A DNA stretch of 64,000 nt from an uncultured Actinomycetota bacterium (GTDB lineage: Bacteria > Actinomycetota > Actinomycetes > JACCUZ01), in the NCBI GenBank assembly GCA_963751035.1, contig CAVVSW010000005.1, forward strand, positions 708,784 through 772,783, in the 5' to 3' direction. A program made the translations under genes and the position numbers. Below the pieces are notes generated by a model. The model was not told the origin of the DNA. It ran no database searches and was given only the letters and a program-made list of their open reading frames with translations. Below, piece after piece: positions 38,625 to 49,313 of this stretch (positions are counted from its first letter, which is position 1; each line of letters opens with the position of its first letter).

Positions 38625-39593
38625 GTGACGATGACTGCCCCGCAGCTGACCGAGACCGACATCCTGCGCGAGCTCGAGCCCGTCGTGGAGTCCAACCTCG
38701 AGCGCCACCTCCAGGTGGCCAAGGAGTGGATGCCGCACGAGTACGTGCCCTGGACCGCAGGGGCGCGACTTCGACGGCGTGCTGGGCGGCGAGGCGTGGG
38801 ACCCGGAGCAGTCCAAGGTCTCCGACGTGGCCCGCACCAGCCTGATCGTGAACCTGCTCACCGAGGACAACCTGCCGAGCTACCACCACGAGATCGCGAC
38901 CGTCTTCGGCCGCGACGGCGCGTGGGGGACCTGGGTGCACCAGTGGACCGCCGAGGAGGGCCGGCACGCGATCGCCATCCGCGACTACCTGCTCGTGACG
39001 CGTGCGGTCGACCCGGTCGCGATGGAGCGGGCGCGGATGACGCACATGGCCGCGGGCTTCGAGTCGGCCAACCACGACGACCTGCTGCGGTCGCTGGCCT
39101 ACGTCTCGTTCCAGGAGCTGGCGACGCGCATCTCGCACCGCAACACCGGCAAGCTGACCGAGGACCCGATCGCCGACCAGCTGCTCGCCCGGATCGCGCT
39201 GGACGAGAACCTGCACATGCTCTTCTACCGCAACCTGCTGGCTGCGTCGCTCGAGCTGGCGCCCAACCAGGCGATGCGCGCGATCACCGAGGTGGTCAAG
39301 TCGTTCGAGATGCCCGGGTCGACCATCGAGAACTTCACCCGCAAGTCGGTGCAGATCGCGCTGGCCGGTGTCTACGACCTGCGCATCCACCACGACGACG
39401 TGCTCGCTCCCGTGCTGCGCGCGTGGGGTGTGTGGGACGTGCGAGGGCCTCGACGCCGACGGCGAGGCCGGCCCGTCAGGAGCTGGCCGACACGCTGGCG
39501 AAGCTCGACCAGGCGGCGTCGCGGTTCGAGGAGAAGCGCAGCGCGCACCGCACCAAGCTGGCCGACCGCGGTACGCCGATGCAGACCATCTGA
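38625..39593 (+). pseudogene. Acyl-ACP desaturase (DesA-like di-iron), three +1 frameshifts as sequenced
   Basis: WTAEEGRHAIAIRDYL and LDENLHMLFY di-iron motifs. Frame changes occur in the G4 run at 38760-38763, near 39438-39446 and near 39468-39476. The start and end lie in the same frame (ORF 38565..39593). Confidence 0.85.
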
Positions 39594-39611
39594 CCGGTTG
39601 CGCGAAGAGGG

Positions 39612-40481
39612 TCAGCCGGCCGCGCCGGGCAACCGCACCTCGACCCGACCGTTCTGCACGCGCACGTCGAACGCGTGCTGCGGTGCGGTCGCGGGGCCGT
39701 TGCGGACCGAGCCGTCCTCGAGGCTGAACGTGCTGCCGTGCCACGGGCAGGTGATGCACGAGCCGTCGGAGGACACGCTGCCCTCGTGCAGCGGTCCGGA
39801 CAGGTGGCTGCAGCGGTCCGCAGAGCACGTCGATGAGATCGCCACGGCGTACGACGAGCAGGGGCACCCGGTTGAGCTCCTTGCAGCTGGGGCTCGCCGT
39901 CGCCGGCCAGGTCGTCCAGCGCGCACAGGTCGTGCCAGCCCGGTGGAATGAGGTGCGGGACAGCCTCGGCGTGGTTCGCGCCGCCCGCCTGACGGAACGC
40001 GAGGTGGCCGCCGAGGAAGCCGCTGAAGCCGAGCACGCCGAGGCCGGCCATCGCGCAGCACCTTGCCCGCCCCGCGATGCCCGCGCCGGCGCGCGACGAG
40101 CGAAGCGCCGTAGAGCACGGTGGCGACGGTGTTGGCCGCGGCGTGCACGACCCCGACGCGCTGCTGCTGCTCGTGCATCTGCGACCAGTCGGCCAGCCCG
40201 GACGCTGCTGCCGCCGGGGTGGCCAGGATGCCGGTGGCAATCAGCGTGTCGGCAGCCTTTCCCTCACCGGGCAGCAGGTCGAGGATCGCCGCCGACATGA
40301 ACGCCCCGATCGGCACCTGCACGAGCACCGGGTGCAGCGGGTGGCCGAGCCAGACGCCGTGCAGCGCGTCGCGCACCACGCCGTTTCCCAGCAGCCGTTG
40401 CACCGCCTCGCGCACGGGACCGGAGACCCGGTCCAGCGGAGTGGCGTCTTCCAGAGCAGTGACCGAGTCGAAGGGGTTCAT
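39612..40481 (-). pseudogene. DUF2231 membrane domain + Rieske [2Fe-2S] protein, three +1 frameshifts as sequenced
   Basis: N-terminus HGVWLGHPLHPVLVQVPIG. The middle part (AMAGLGVLGFSGFLGGHLAF..PPGWHDL) and NRVPLLVVRRGDLIDVL lie in two other frames. The Rieske motifs CSHLSGPL..CPWHGSTF are back in the first frame. Confidence 0.75.
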
Positions 40482-42290
40482 TAGGCGTTCCTCACCACGG
40501 GCTCGCCGGCCAAACCCGTCAGCGCGCCAGCGTCTGCCGGCGACGTCCTTCGCGTCCGACCATCGTCGCACCACCGCGATGTCGACCACGAACCGCACGG
40601 AGCTGCCCGCGGCCCAGGTGGCGGCGCTCTGCGCCAGTGCGTCGCGGAGCAACGCGCTCGCCGCGGCCGCGTCGGCCTCCCGCACGTGCAGCAGGAGCTC
40701 GTCGTGCAGGCACAGCACGATCTCGCCGCCGGTGCCCGCGAGCCCGGCCCGCACCGTGACCGCCCACATCTTGAACAGCTCCGCCGCCGAGCCCTGCACC
40801 ACCGCGTTGCGGGCGTAGCGACCGCGAGCGGCGATGGCCGCGGGCTCGGCCGGCTCCGGCGGGGACCACATCCGGACCAGCCGCCCGCCGTACGTGCGCA
40901 CATCCCGGCCGGCCCGGCCTTCCTCCTCGGCGGCCCGCAGGTGACGCATGGCGACCGGGTAGGCGCGATCCAGTCCCGCCAGCGCCTCGCCGGCGGCGCC
41001 GGACGTCTGGCCGTACATCGCGGCGAGCACGGCCACCTTCGCGGTCGGGCGGTCGCAGCCGATCCGGGCGGCGACGGGGGAGTAGAGGTCGGCGTCCTGG
41101 GTCGCCTCCGCGAACGCCTCGTCGCCAGAGACGGCAGCGAGCACGCGCGGCTCGATCTGCCCGAGGTCGGCGCGCACGAACACGTGGCCGGGCTCGGCGA
41201 CGACCGCGGGGCGCAGCTCGGCCGGCAGGTTGTGCAGCCCTGCCTGGGCGGTCATCCGCCCCGCTGCGCCGTCGCTGCCGGTCCACGCGCCGCGCAGCCG
41301 CCCGTCCGGCCCGACGTGGCGGTCCAGCCAGCTGTAGCCGTAGGTGGTCGCGATGCGTTCCGCCTTGCGCCAGGTGAGCAGCGCATCGACGGCCGGGTGC
41401 GCCGACCGGAGCGGCTCCAGCCGCCACGACCTGGTGTCCGGGACGTCGATCCCGATCCGCGCGAGCAGCTCGCGCACCTGCGCCGGGTTGCGCAGGTCGA
41501 CGTCATCAGCGCCCGGCACGAGGTCGCGGACGACGTCGTCGCGGCGGGACCGCTGCTCCGCCTCGGCGGCGGGGTCGTCGGCGCGCGGGCCGACCCGCTC
41601 GCCGATCAGCTCCTCGGCGACGGCCCGGTCCAGCGGAAGCCCACCGGCAGCCAGCGCCACGGCGAGAAGGTCGGCTGCGGACTCGGCCCGGGCCGTGAGC
41701 TCGGGCAGCGCCGGGTCGCGCGGCAGCCGTCGCCCGTCGGGCAGGCCGGCAAGGGCCGTCCGCTGCGCAGCCATCGCGACGAGGGCAAGCGACGCCCAGC
41801 GGGCCGCCCGTAGGGCCGTCGGCGGCGGCGACTCGGCCCATTCGGGGCGCAGGTAGCCGTCGGGGCGCACCGGGTCGTCGGGGTCACCGTCCGGGCCGCT
41901 CGCGTCCATCGCCGACAGCAGGTCGAGCTGGCCGGTGCGCGGCAGCGCGTCCTCGGGCAGCCCGCGCACGCCCGCCCACACCTGCGCCGGGCCGTCGCCG
42001 CTGCCTCCATTCAGGAGCCGGTGCACCGCGGCGAGGTCCCAGCACCGGGCCGCGCCGAGGGCGTCGAGCAGCGCGGGGGTGGTGGCACTGCGCGCGGACC
42101 ACCAGACCCAGCGCGGCGCGAGCTCGGAGGTCACCGCCCGTACGACGTCGGCCGGCGCTGCCGGGTCGGCGGCCCGGACCGCGAAGGCCCGGTCACCCGC
42201 AGCCAGCCCGATCCCGCCGCCATCGCGGACCACCGCAAGTCCGACGGGCTCGCCGGCCGCGAGGCCGGCCGCGCGCAGCGCCGCCACCAC
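40481..42290 (-). CDS. Family-A DNA polymerase (PolA-like, no 5' nuclease domain)
   Basis: Motif A is ADLGQIEPRVLA, motif B is RPTAKVAVLAAMYGQT, motif C is LCLHDELL. As sequenced it has no stop and reads into the Rieske gene. A -1 frame gives ..GLAGEPVVRNA-TAA, which overlaps the Rieske ATG (TAATG). Confidence 0.8.
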
Positions 42291-42385
42291 CTCGGGCGGG
42301 TCGATGACTGCGACGTCGCGTCACACCGGCATCCTGCCCGGCGCGTCCAGGGGTTGCCCGAGGCGTGGCCGGGCAAGGCTCACCC

Positions 42386-43250
42386 ATGAAGACTCGACGA
42401 ATCGGAAGCACCACAGTCAGCGCGATCGGTCTCGGCGGCATGCCGATGTCCATCGAGGGCCGGCCCGACGACCGCAGTCAGTCGATCGCGACCATCCACG
42501 AGGCGCTGGACGCCGGGATCACGTTCATCGACACCGCGGACGCCTACCACGTGGACGGCACCGACATCGGGCACAACGAGACCCTGATCGCCGAGGCGCT
42601 GGCCGCGTACGGCGGCGACACGTCCGACGTGCTCGTCGCGACGAAGGGCGGCCACACCAGACCCGGTGGCGGGTCCTGGGACCTGGACGGTTCGCCCGAG
42701 CACCTGCGGGCGGCGTGCGAGGAGTCGCTCAAGCGGCTGGGGGTCGAGGCCATCGGGCTCTACCAGTTCCACCGGCCGGACCCCAAGGTCCCCTACGCCG
42801 AGAGCGTCGGGGCGATCCGCGACCTGCTCGACGACGGCAAGATCCGGATGGCCGGCATCTCCAACGCCAACCCGGAGCAGATCGAGCTTGCCAACGAGAT
42901 CCTGGGCGGTCGGCTGTCGTCGGTGCAGAACCAGTTCTCCCCGGCGTTCCGCTCCAGCGAAGCCGGAGCTGACCCTGTGCGGCGAGATGGGCATCGCGTT
43001 CCTGCCGTGGAGCCCCCTCGGTGGCATCAGCAAGTCGGAGCAGCTCGGCTCGAAGCACGCGGCTTTTCAGGAGATCGCGACCGCCCGCGGCGTCAGCCCC
43101 CAGCAGGTCACGCTGGCCTGGATGCTCGGCAGGGGACCGCACGTCATCCCAATCCCCGGCTCGAGCCGTCCAGAGACGATCCGCGACTCGGCCGCCGCTG
43201 TCGACCTCACACTCTCGACGGACGAGATGGCCGCGTTGAGTCGGGTTTGA
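42386..43250 (+). pseudogene. Aldo/keto reductase, frameshifted as sequenced (+1 nt near 42958-42966)
   Basis: GLGGMPMS, FIDTADAY and LYQFHRPDP lie in frame 1. ELTLCGEMGIAFLPWSPLGGI and PIPGSSRPETIRD lie in frame 2. Confidence 0.85.
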
Positions 43251-43283
43251 TCGCTCGCTCGCTCGCCTAGCCTGAGCGCCCGC

Positions 43284-43709
43284 TCACTCGCCCAGGTCGC
43301 GCCGGAGCCGCTTGGTCTGCCCGCGACGCTTCTTCTCGTCCAGCCGCCGCTGCACGGCGCCCTTGGACGGGCGGGTGGCCCGGCGTTTCCGCGGCGGCGG
43401 CGCAACCGCCCCGACGAGCAGCTCGGTCAGCCGCTCCTCGGCCGCCCGGCGGTTCTGCAGCTGCGAGCGGTGCTCGGACGCGGCAACGGTGATGACCCCG
43501 TCGACTAGCCGGTCGCCGAGCCGCTCGAGGGCGCGGGCCTTGAGGACGGGACCCAGCGCAGTGGTCCGGGCGACGTCGAAGGAGAGCTCTGCGCGCGAGT
43601 CGGTCGTGTTGACCGACTGGCCGCCCGGCCCCGAGGACCGGGAGAACCGCCAGCTCAGCTCGGACTCCGGCACGACCAGGGAACCACGCAGTCGCAGGTC
43701 GCCGGGCAT
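43284..43709 (-). CDS. arfB: Alternative ribosome-rescue factor ArfB (peptidyl-tRNA hydrolase, GGQ)
   Basis: 141 aa with SGPGGQSVNTTDS and a basic C-terminal tail (KRRATRPSKGAVQRRLDEKKRRGQTKRLR). Confidence 0.85.
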   Translation of the reverse strand: MPGDLRLRGSLVVPESELSWRFSRSSGPGGQSVNTTDSRAELSFDVARTTALGPVLKARALERLGDRLVDGVITVAASEHRSQLQNRRAAEERLTELLVGAVAPPPRKRRATRPSKGAVQRRLDEKKRRGQTKRLRRDLGE

Positions 43710-43797
43710 GTCCCCAGCATGCCCGCCGAGCACCGCGCACTGGGCCGAACGGGTGATGGATCGCCGACGGAGGGTGAGGAAGTTGCTGCGCTCAACG

Positions 43798-44673
<876 letters not shown>

Positions 44674-44692
44674 CCCCCGCACAACGGCTTGA

Positions 44693-44730
44693 ACAGCCCC
44701 GTCCGGTTCCCGGGCGGGGCTGTTCTGGCT
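44693..44730. terminator. Hairpin terminator between the convergent rpf and recQ-like genes
   Basis: ACAGCCCCG-13 nt-CGGGGCTGT followed by TCTGGCTTCT. Confidence 0.6.
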
Positions 44731-44744
44731 TCTCAGCCAGGGGA

Positions 44745-46862
44745 TCAGCCGGTCTGACCGAGGGCGAACGGCAGCACCGCCGTTGCCCCGGCAAGGCGCA
44801 GCTCGCGGCCGGCCAGGGCGGCGGTCCACCCCGAGTCGATGAGGTCGTCGACGAGCAGGACCGGTTCGCCGTCAACCACCTTGATCGCGTCGCGAAGTGC
44901 GGCGTCGACCGGGAACGCGTTGTGCAGCCAGCGGACCCGCTGCGCGCTGTTGGTGCGGGCGTGCGCCGGATGGTCGGTGCCGCCGATGGTGCCGAGGTTG
45001 GCCATGTGACCTGTGGCGGCGATCCGCTCGGCAACCGAGGCCACCAGCAGCGGCCGACGGGTGGAGGCGACCGCGACCACCCCGGCCGGTCGGCGCTCCC
45101 AGTCCCAGTCGCGCAGCACGTCGACGACCGCTGCGAAGACGTCGTCGGGCACCGGCCCGTCGGGTGCGTCCTGGTCGAGCAACGGACGCAGCCGCGGCCC
45201 CCAGCCCACGTCGGAGAGCCGGGCGAGCACCCGACCGGGCGCGCACTGCTCGTCGGCGCTGATGCGGCCGGACAGGTCGACCCCGGCGGTCGACAGACCC
45301 GTGGGCCACATCAGCCGTGGCGCCACCGGGACGCCCGCGCGGCCGAGGTCCTCGCTGCTGGCCTGCAGGGCGGCCGCGCTGACCTGCTCGGCCCAGAACG
45401 GTCCCGCGCAGCGGTCGCAGCGGCCACATGGCTCGCCCGCCTCCGGGTCGTCGAGCTGACGGCGCAGGAAGTCCATCCGGCAGTCGGGGGTCGCGAGGTA
45501 GTCGCGCATCGCCTGCTGCTCGTGGGCGCGTGCCGCCGCGACGCGGGCGTAGCGCTCGGCGTCGTAGGACCAGCCCTGCCCGGTGGCGACCCAGCCGCCG
45601 CGCACTCGGCGTACGGCCCCGTCGACGTCGAGCACCTTGAGCATCGTCTCGAGCCGGTTGCGCGACAGCTCGACCTGAGCCTCCAGCGCGGGTGTGGACA
45701 GGGGACGGTCGGACGCGTCGAGCACGTCGAGGGTGGCCCGGACCTGCGCCTCGGCGGGGAAGCCGACGCTGGCGTAGTAGCGCCAGATGGCTTCGTCCTG
45801 CTCGCCGGGAAGCAGCAGCACGGACGCGCTCGCGACGCCGCGGCCGGCCCGTCCGACCTGCTGGTAGTAGGCGATCGGTGACTGGGGAGCGCCGAGGTGG
45901 ACCACGAAGCCGAGGTCGGGCTTGTCGAAGCCCATGCCGAGCGCCGAGGTCGCCACGAGTGCCTTCACCCGGTTGGCGAGCAGGTCGTCCTCGGCGGCCA
46001 GGCGGTCGGCCGTCTCGGTGCGGCCGGAGTAGGAGGCGACGAGGTGGCCGGCGGCCATCAGGTGGGCAGCGACGTCGTCGGCCGCGGCCAGGGTGAGGGT
46101 GTAGATGATGCCCGAGCCAGGCAGCTCAGCCAGGTGCTCGGCCAGCCAGGCCAGCCGGTGGGTGTCGGTCGGCAGCCGCAGGACGCCGAGGCGCAGGCTG
46201 GTGCGGTCGAGGCTGCCGCGGAACACCACGGTCTCGCTGCCGTCCGCGTCCTCGGCGAGCTGGTCGGCGACGTCGGTGACCACCCGCGCGTTCGCGGTGG
46301 CCGTGGTGGCGAGCACCGGCACCCCCGTCGGCAGCTCGCCGAGCAGGGTGCGGATGCGGCGGTAGTCGGGCCGGAAGTCGTGCCCCCAGTCGGAGATGCA
46401 GTGAGCCTCGTCGACGACGAGCAGCCCGGTCGCAGCCGCCAGCTGCGGGAGCACGGTGTCGCGGAAGTCGGGGTTGTTCAGCCGCTCGGGGCTGACCAGC
46501 AGCACGTCGACGGTGCCGGCGGCAACCTCGGCCCGGACCTCGTCCCACTCGTGCATGTTGGCTGAGTTGATCGTGCGCGCCGTGATGCCGGCGCGTTCGG
46601 CGGCCGCGACCTGGTTGCGCATCAGCGCCAGCAGGGGGCTGACGATCACCGTCGCGCCAGCGCCGCGCGCTCGCAGCAGAGCGGTCGCGACGAAGTAGAC
46701 CGCCGACTTGCCCCACCCGGTGCGCTGCACGACCAGCACCCGGCGTCGACCGACCGCGAGGGCCTCGATCGCCTGCCACTGGTCCTCGCGCAGGATGGCG
46801 TCGGGGTCGGCCAGCGCGCGCAGCACGCCCTCGGCCTCGGCCCGCAACGCGGTGGTGTCCAT
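44745..46862 (-). CDS. RecQ-family helicase with a C-terminal ComF-like phosphoribosyltransferase domain (RqlH-like)
   Basis: 705 aa with Walker A TGWGKS, DEAHCISDWGHDFRPDY, and the zinc motif CRMDFL..CGRCDRC. The C-terminus reads VLLVDDLIDSGWT. Confidence 0.9.
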   Translation of the reverse strand: MDTTALRAEAEGVLRALADPDAILREDQWQAIEALAVGRRRVLVVQRTGWGKSAVYFVATALLRARGAGATVIVSPLLALMRNQVAAAERAGITARTINSANMHEWDEVRAEVAAGTVDVLLVSPERLNNPDFRDTVLPQLAAATGLLVVDEAHCISDWGHDFRPDYRRIRTLLGELPTGVPVLATTATANARVVTDVADQLAEDADGSETVVFRGSLDRTSLRLGVLRLPTDTHRLAWLAEHLAELPGSGIIYTLTLAAADDVAAHLMAAGHLVASYSGRTETADRLAAEDDLLANRVKALVATSALGMGFDKPDLGFVVHLGAPQSPIAYYQQVGRAGRGVASASVLLLPGEQDEAIWRYYASVGFPAEAQVRATLDVLDASDRPLSTPALEAQVELSRNRLETMLKVLDVDGAVRRVRGGWVATGQGWSYDAERYARVAAARAHEQQAMRDYLATPDCRMDFLRRQLDDPEAGEPCGRCDRCAGPFWAEQVSAAALQASSEDLGRAGVPVAPRLMWPTGLSTAGVDLSGRISADEQCAPGRVLARLSDVGWGPRLRPLLDQDAPDGPVPDDVFAAVVDVLRDWDWERRPAGVVAVASTRRPLLVASVAERIAATGHMANLGTIGGTDHPAHARTNSAQRVRWLHNAFPVDAALRDAIKVVDGEPVLLVDDLIDSGWTAALAGRELRLAGATAVLPFALGQTG

Positions 46863-46896
46863 CCGACGTGTCTACCGGACCGCACCGTCAGGCGGG

Positions 46897-47187
46897 TCAG
46901 CGCACGGCGAAGCCGGTGCTGCCTTCGGGTGTCTCCTCGAACGTCCGTACGTCGTCGACCACCGCATGAGCAGGTCCTCGGCGGGCCCAGGCCACCATCG
47001 CCGCGACCGCGTCCTCGGGCCCCTCGAAGACCGCTTCCACCGTGCCGTCCGGGCAGTTGCGCACCCAGCCGCTGACGCCGTGCCGGGCGGCTTCCCGCCG
47101 GCAGGTGTCGCGGAAGAAGACGCCCTGCACCTGCCCGCTGACGACGACGCGGCGCCGCACGGCTTCCTGTCCGCCCGACCCGGTCAC
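46897..47187 (-). CDS. acyP: Acylphosphatase
   Basis: 96 aa with VSGQVQGVFFRD and GWVRNCPDGTVE. GTG 47187 overlaps the upstream stop (GTGA). Confidence 0.85.
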   Translation of the reverse strand: MTGSGGQEAVRRRVVVSGQVQGVFFRDTCRREAARHGVSGWVRNCPDGTVEAVFEGPEDAVAAMVAWARRGPAHAVVDDVRTFEETPEGSTGFAVR

Positions 47188-48110
47188 GACGGGGCCAGTG
47201 CGTCCAGCAGCTCGTGGGCGCGGGCCATCGATGCGGCCGGGTCGGCGTCGACCACCCCGATCTCGCTGTCGAAGTTGAGGTCGACGAACAGCTCGGTCAC
47301 GCCCTGCTCCGCCACCTCGGCGACATCGGCCTTGATCTGGTCCAGCGAACCGGTCAGCGGGCGCCGCTCGCCGGTCGTCTCGGGGCGCAGCCGCACGACT
47401 CCGCGGGAGACGAAGCGCAGGGTCGCCGGGTCGCGTCCGGCCTCTGCAGCGGCATCGGCGACCACCCGGATCGCCGTCCCGATCGCCGCGAGGTCCTGGC
47501 CGCTGCTGCTGATCCACCCGTCGGCCACCCGGCCGGCCCGGCGCAGGGCCGGCTCGGCGCTGCCGCCAAGGAGCAGCGGCGGATGGGGCCGCTGGACGGG
47601 CTTGGGGTCGACGTGCGCACCGGCGACCTGGTGGAACTCGCCGGAGAAGTCGACCGGGTCCTCGGTCCAGAGCGCCTTGAGGCAGGCGACGAACTCCTCG
47701 GCCCGGGCGCCCCGCCGCTCGAACGGCGCACCCGTGGCGTCGTACTCCTGCTTCGACCAGCCGAGCCCAAGCCCGAGGTCGAGGCGCCCACCCGACACCG
47801 CGTCCAGGGTCGCGGTCTGCTTGGCCAGCAGGATCGGCGAGAACCACGGCATGTTCAGGACCGCCACCCCGAGCCGGATCCGGGTGGTGTGCGCGGCGAG
47901 GTAGGCCAGCGTGATCAGCGGGTCGTGCACGCTGCGGTAGACCGGCTGCCAGCGGGCCGCGTCGGGCCCCTCCCGGTCGGCGGGGAAGAGCAGGCGCTGG
48001 AACGTCCACAGCGACGTGTAGCCCAGCTGCTCGGCGCGCTGGGCCACCTGGACCTGGTTGGCGGGGGTGGCCCAGGAGCCCGCCAGCGGCACCGCGAAAC
48101 CCATCTGCAC
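47184..48110 (-). CDS. LLM-class (probably F420-dependent) oxidoreductase
   Basis: 308 aa with a luciferase-like TIM barrel (LGYTSLWTFQRL, GGRLDLGLGLGW, PPLLLGG). Confidence 0.85.
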   Translation of the reverse strand: MQMGFAVPLAGSWATPANQVQVAQRAEQLGYTSLWTFQRLLFPADREGPDAARWQPVYRSVHDPLITLAYLAAHTTRIRLGVAVLNMPWFSPILLAKQTATLDAVSGGRLDLGLGLGWSKQEYDATGAPFERRGARAEEFVACLKALWTEDPVDFSGEFHQVAGAHVDPKPVQRPHPPLLLGGSAEPALRRAGRVADGWISSSGQDLAAIGTAIRVVADAAAEAGRDPATLRFVSRGVVRLRPETTGERRPLTGSLDQIKADVAEVAEQGVTELFVDLNFDSEIGVVDADPAASMARAHELLDALAPS

Positions 48111-48141
48111 TGCCGTGTTCCCTTCGACGCCTCCGACGCTA

Positions 48142-48157
48142 CCTAAGGCGCCTTAGG
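48142..48157. promoter_or_regulatory. Perfect 16-bp palindrome CCTAAGGCGCCTTAGG
   Basis: Lies in the divergent intergenic region, 32 nt from the LLM gene start. A third CTAAGG half-site is at 48164-48169. Confidence 0.4.
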
Positions 48158-48265
48158 GCGCTTCTAAGGCCCCGTCAGCAGCGAAGATGAGTCGTCCTCC
48201 CGATGTGCGACCCCCTGCCTCAGCCCGAGTCTCAGTGGTGTTCGAAACAACGAGAGGAACACATC

Positions 48266-48442
48266 ATGTCGATCTTGGCGATCGAGTACGTGCAGGCCCA
48301 CATCGATGACCTGCAGCGGGAAGCTGCCCACCGCCGCGTGGTGTCAGCGGCCCGCCGCGCCTCCCAGCGCGACGAGGGTGCGCCGACGGCGCCGGTCCGT
48401 GCCTACTACCAGGTACGGCGGGTGCTGGGCGCGCAGCGGTGA
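48266..48442 (+). CDS. Small hypothetical protein (58 aa)
   Basis: GAGAGG lies upstream of the ATG at 48266. Basic helical sequence MSILAIEYVQAHIDDLQREAAHRR. No family recognised. Confidence 0.4.
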   Translation: MSILAIEYVQAHIDDLQREAAHRRVVSAARRASQRDEGAPTAPVRAYYQVRRVLGAQR

Positions 48443-48444
48443 CG

Positions 48445-49278
48445 TCAGTAGTCGCGGAAGCAGGGCCCCCGGCCGAGCTGTTCCAGGCCTCGGAGGTCCC
48501 CGGCACGGTACGTCGTCAGCGGGTAGGCGTTCGTGTCGTACATCACCTGGTAGGGGTCTGGCACATGGGCCAGCCCCACCAGGTGACCCAGCTCGTGCAG
48601 CAGCACGGAGCGCGCCTTCGAGTCGTCTCCGGTCGCCAGCTGCTGGCCGAGCGCCCCGCCGTTGAAGACGGCCAGACCGCTGACCAGCCGCACGCTGGCG
48701 TCATCCCCGGTCCCGAAGCTGTCTGGCCCCGCTCGGCCGAGCACCCCGTCGGCCAGCATGTGCGTCTCCTCGGCGCTGGACCAGACGATGAGCACTGGCG
48801 CCCAGCGGTCCCCGTAGGAATCCGGCTGGTAGGGAGCCCGCGTCTCCGACGGCGGCTCGTTGGTGTCGCCGTCGTTCACGAACTGCAGTCCGGTTGCCGC
48901 GGACAGCTGAGCGAACGCCGAGGCCAGCAGCTCGCGGCCGCCCGGCGGCTGGCCGTCGGGACGAACCACGTAGTGGATGGCCCGGCACGGGTCGAACGCC
49001 ACCGGCGTGCCGTTCAGGTGGGTCATCGAGAAGGCATAGCCGCCCACCCCGGCCGGCGGCAGGGGCGGCACACCGAGCGGCGCTGCCGCTACCTCGCCCG
49101 GTCCTGAGGGGACGTCCACACCGGGCCGCAGCCCGGGTCGGGTGGTGATGGCGCCGAGGCCGAGACCGGCGCACCCTGAGGTGGCCGCGAGGACCAGCAC
49201 GACGCCCACCGTGCCCGCCGTACGCGCGAACCTGCCCACCGTGTGCTCCCTTTGTCCGGCCCCCAGGAGCATCGGCAT
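48445..49278 (-). CDS. Matrixin-like zinc metalloprotease lipoprotein
   Basis: HELGHLVGLAH zinc motif, lipobox LAATSGC. Start uncertain (ATG 49278 or 49272). Confidence 0.75.
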   Translation of the reverse strand: MPMLLGAGQREHTVGRFARTAGTVGVVLVLAATSGCAGLGLGAITTRPGLRPGVDVPSGPGEVAAAPLGVPPLPPAGVGGYAFSMTHLNGTPVAFDPCRAIHYVVRPDGQPPGGRELLASAFAQLSAATGLQFVNDGDTNEPPSETRAPYQPDSYGDRWAPVLIVWSSAEETHMLADGVLGRAGPDSFGTGDDASVRLVSGLAVFNGGALGQQLATGDDSKARSVLLHELGHLVGLAHVPDPYQVMYDTNAYPLTTYRAGDLRGLEQLGRGPCFRDY

Positions 49279-49313
49279 CTGCGACGGCCGTCCGAAGCCG
49301 GGGCGGTGAGGGG

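Noticed and set aside
48225-48262. tRNA-like T-loop string (GGTGTTCGAAAC).
   Set aside because: There is no acceptor stem, anticodon arm or D-arm around it. It lies in the leader of the small ORF.
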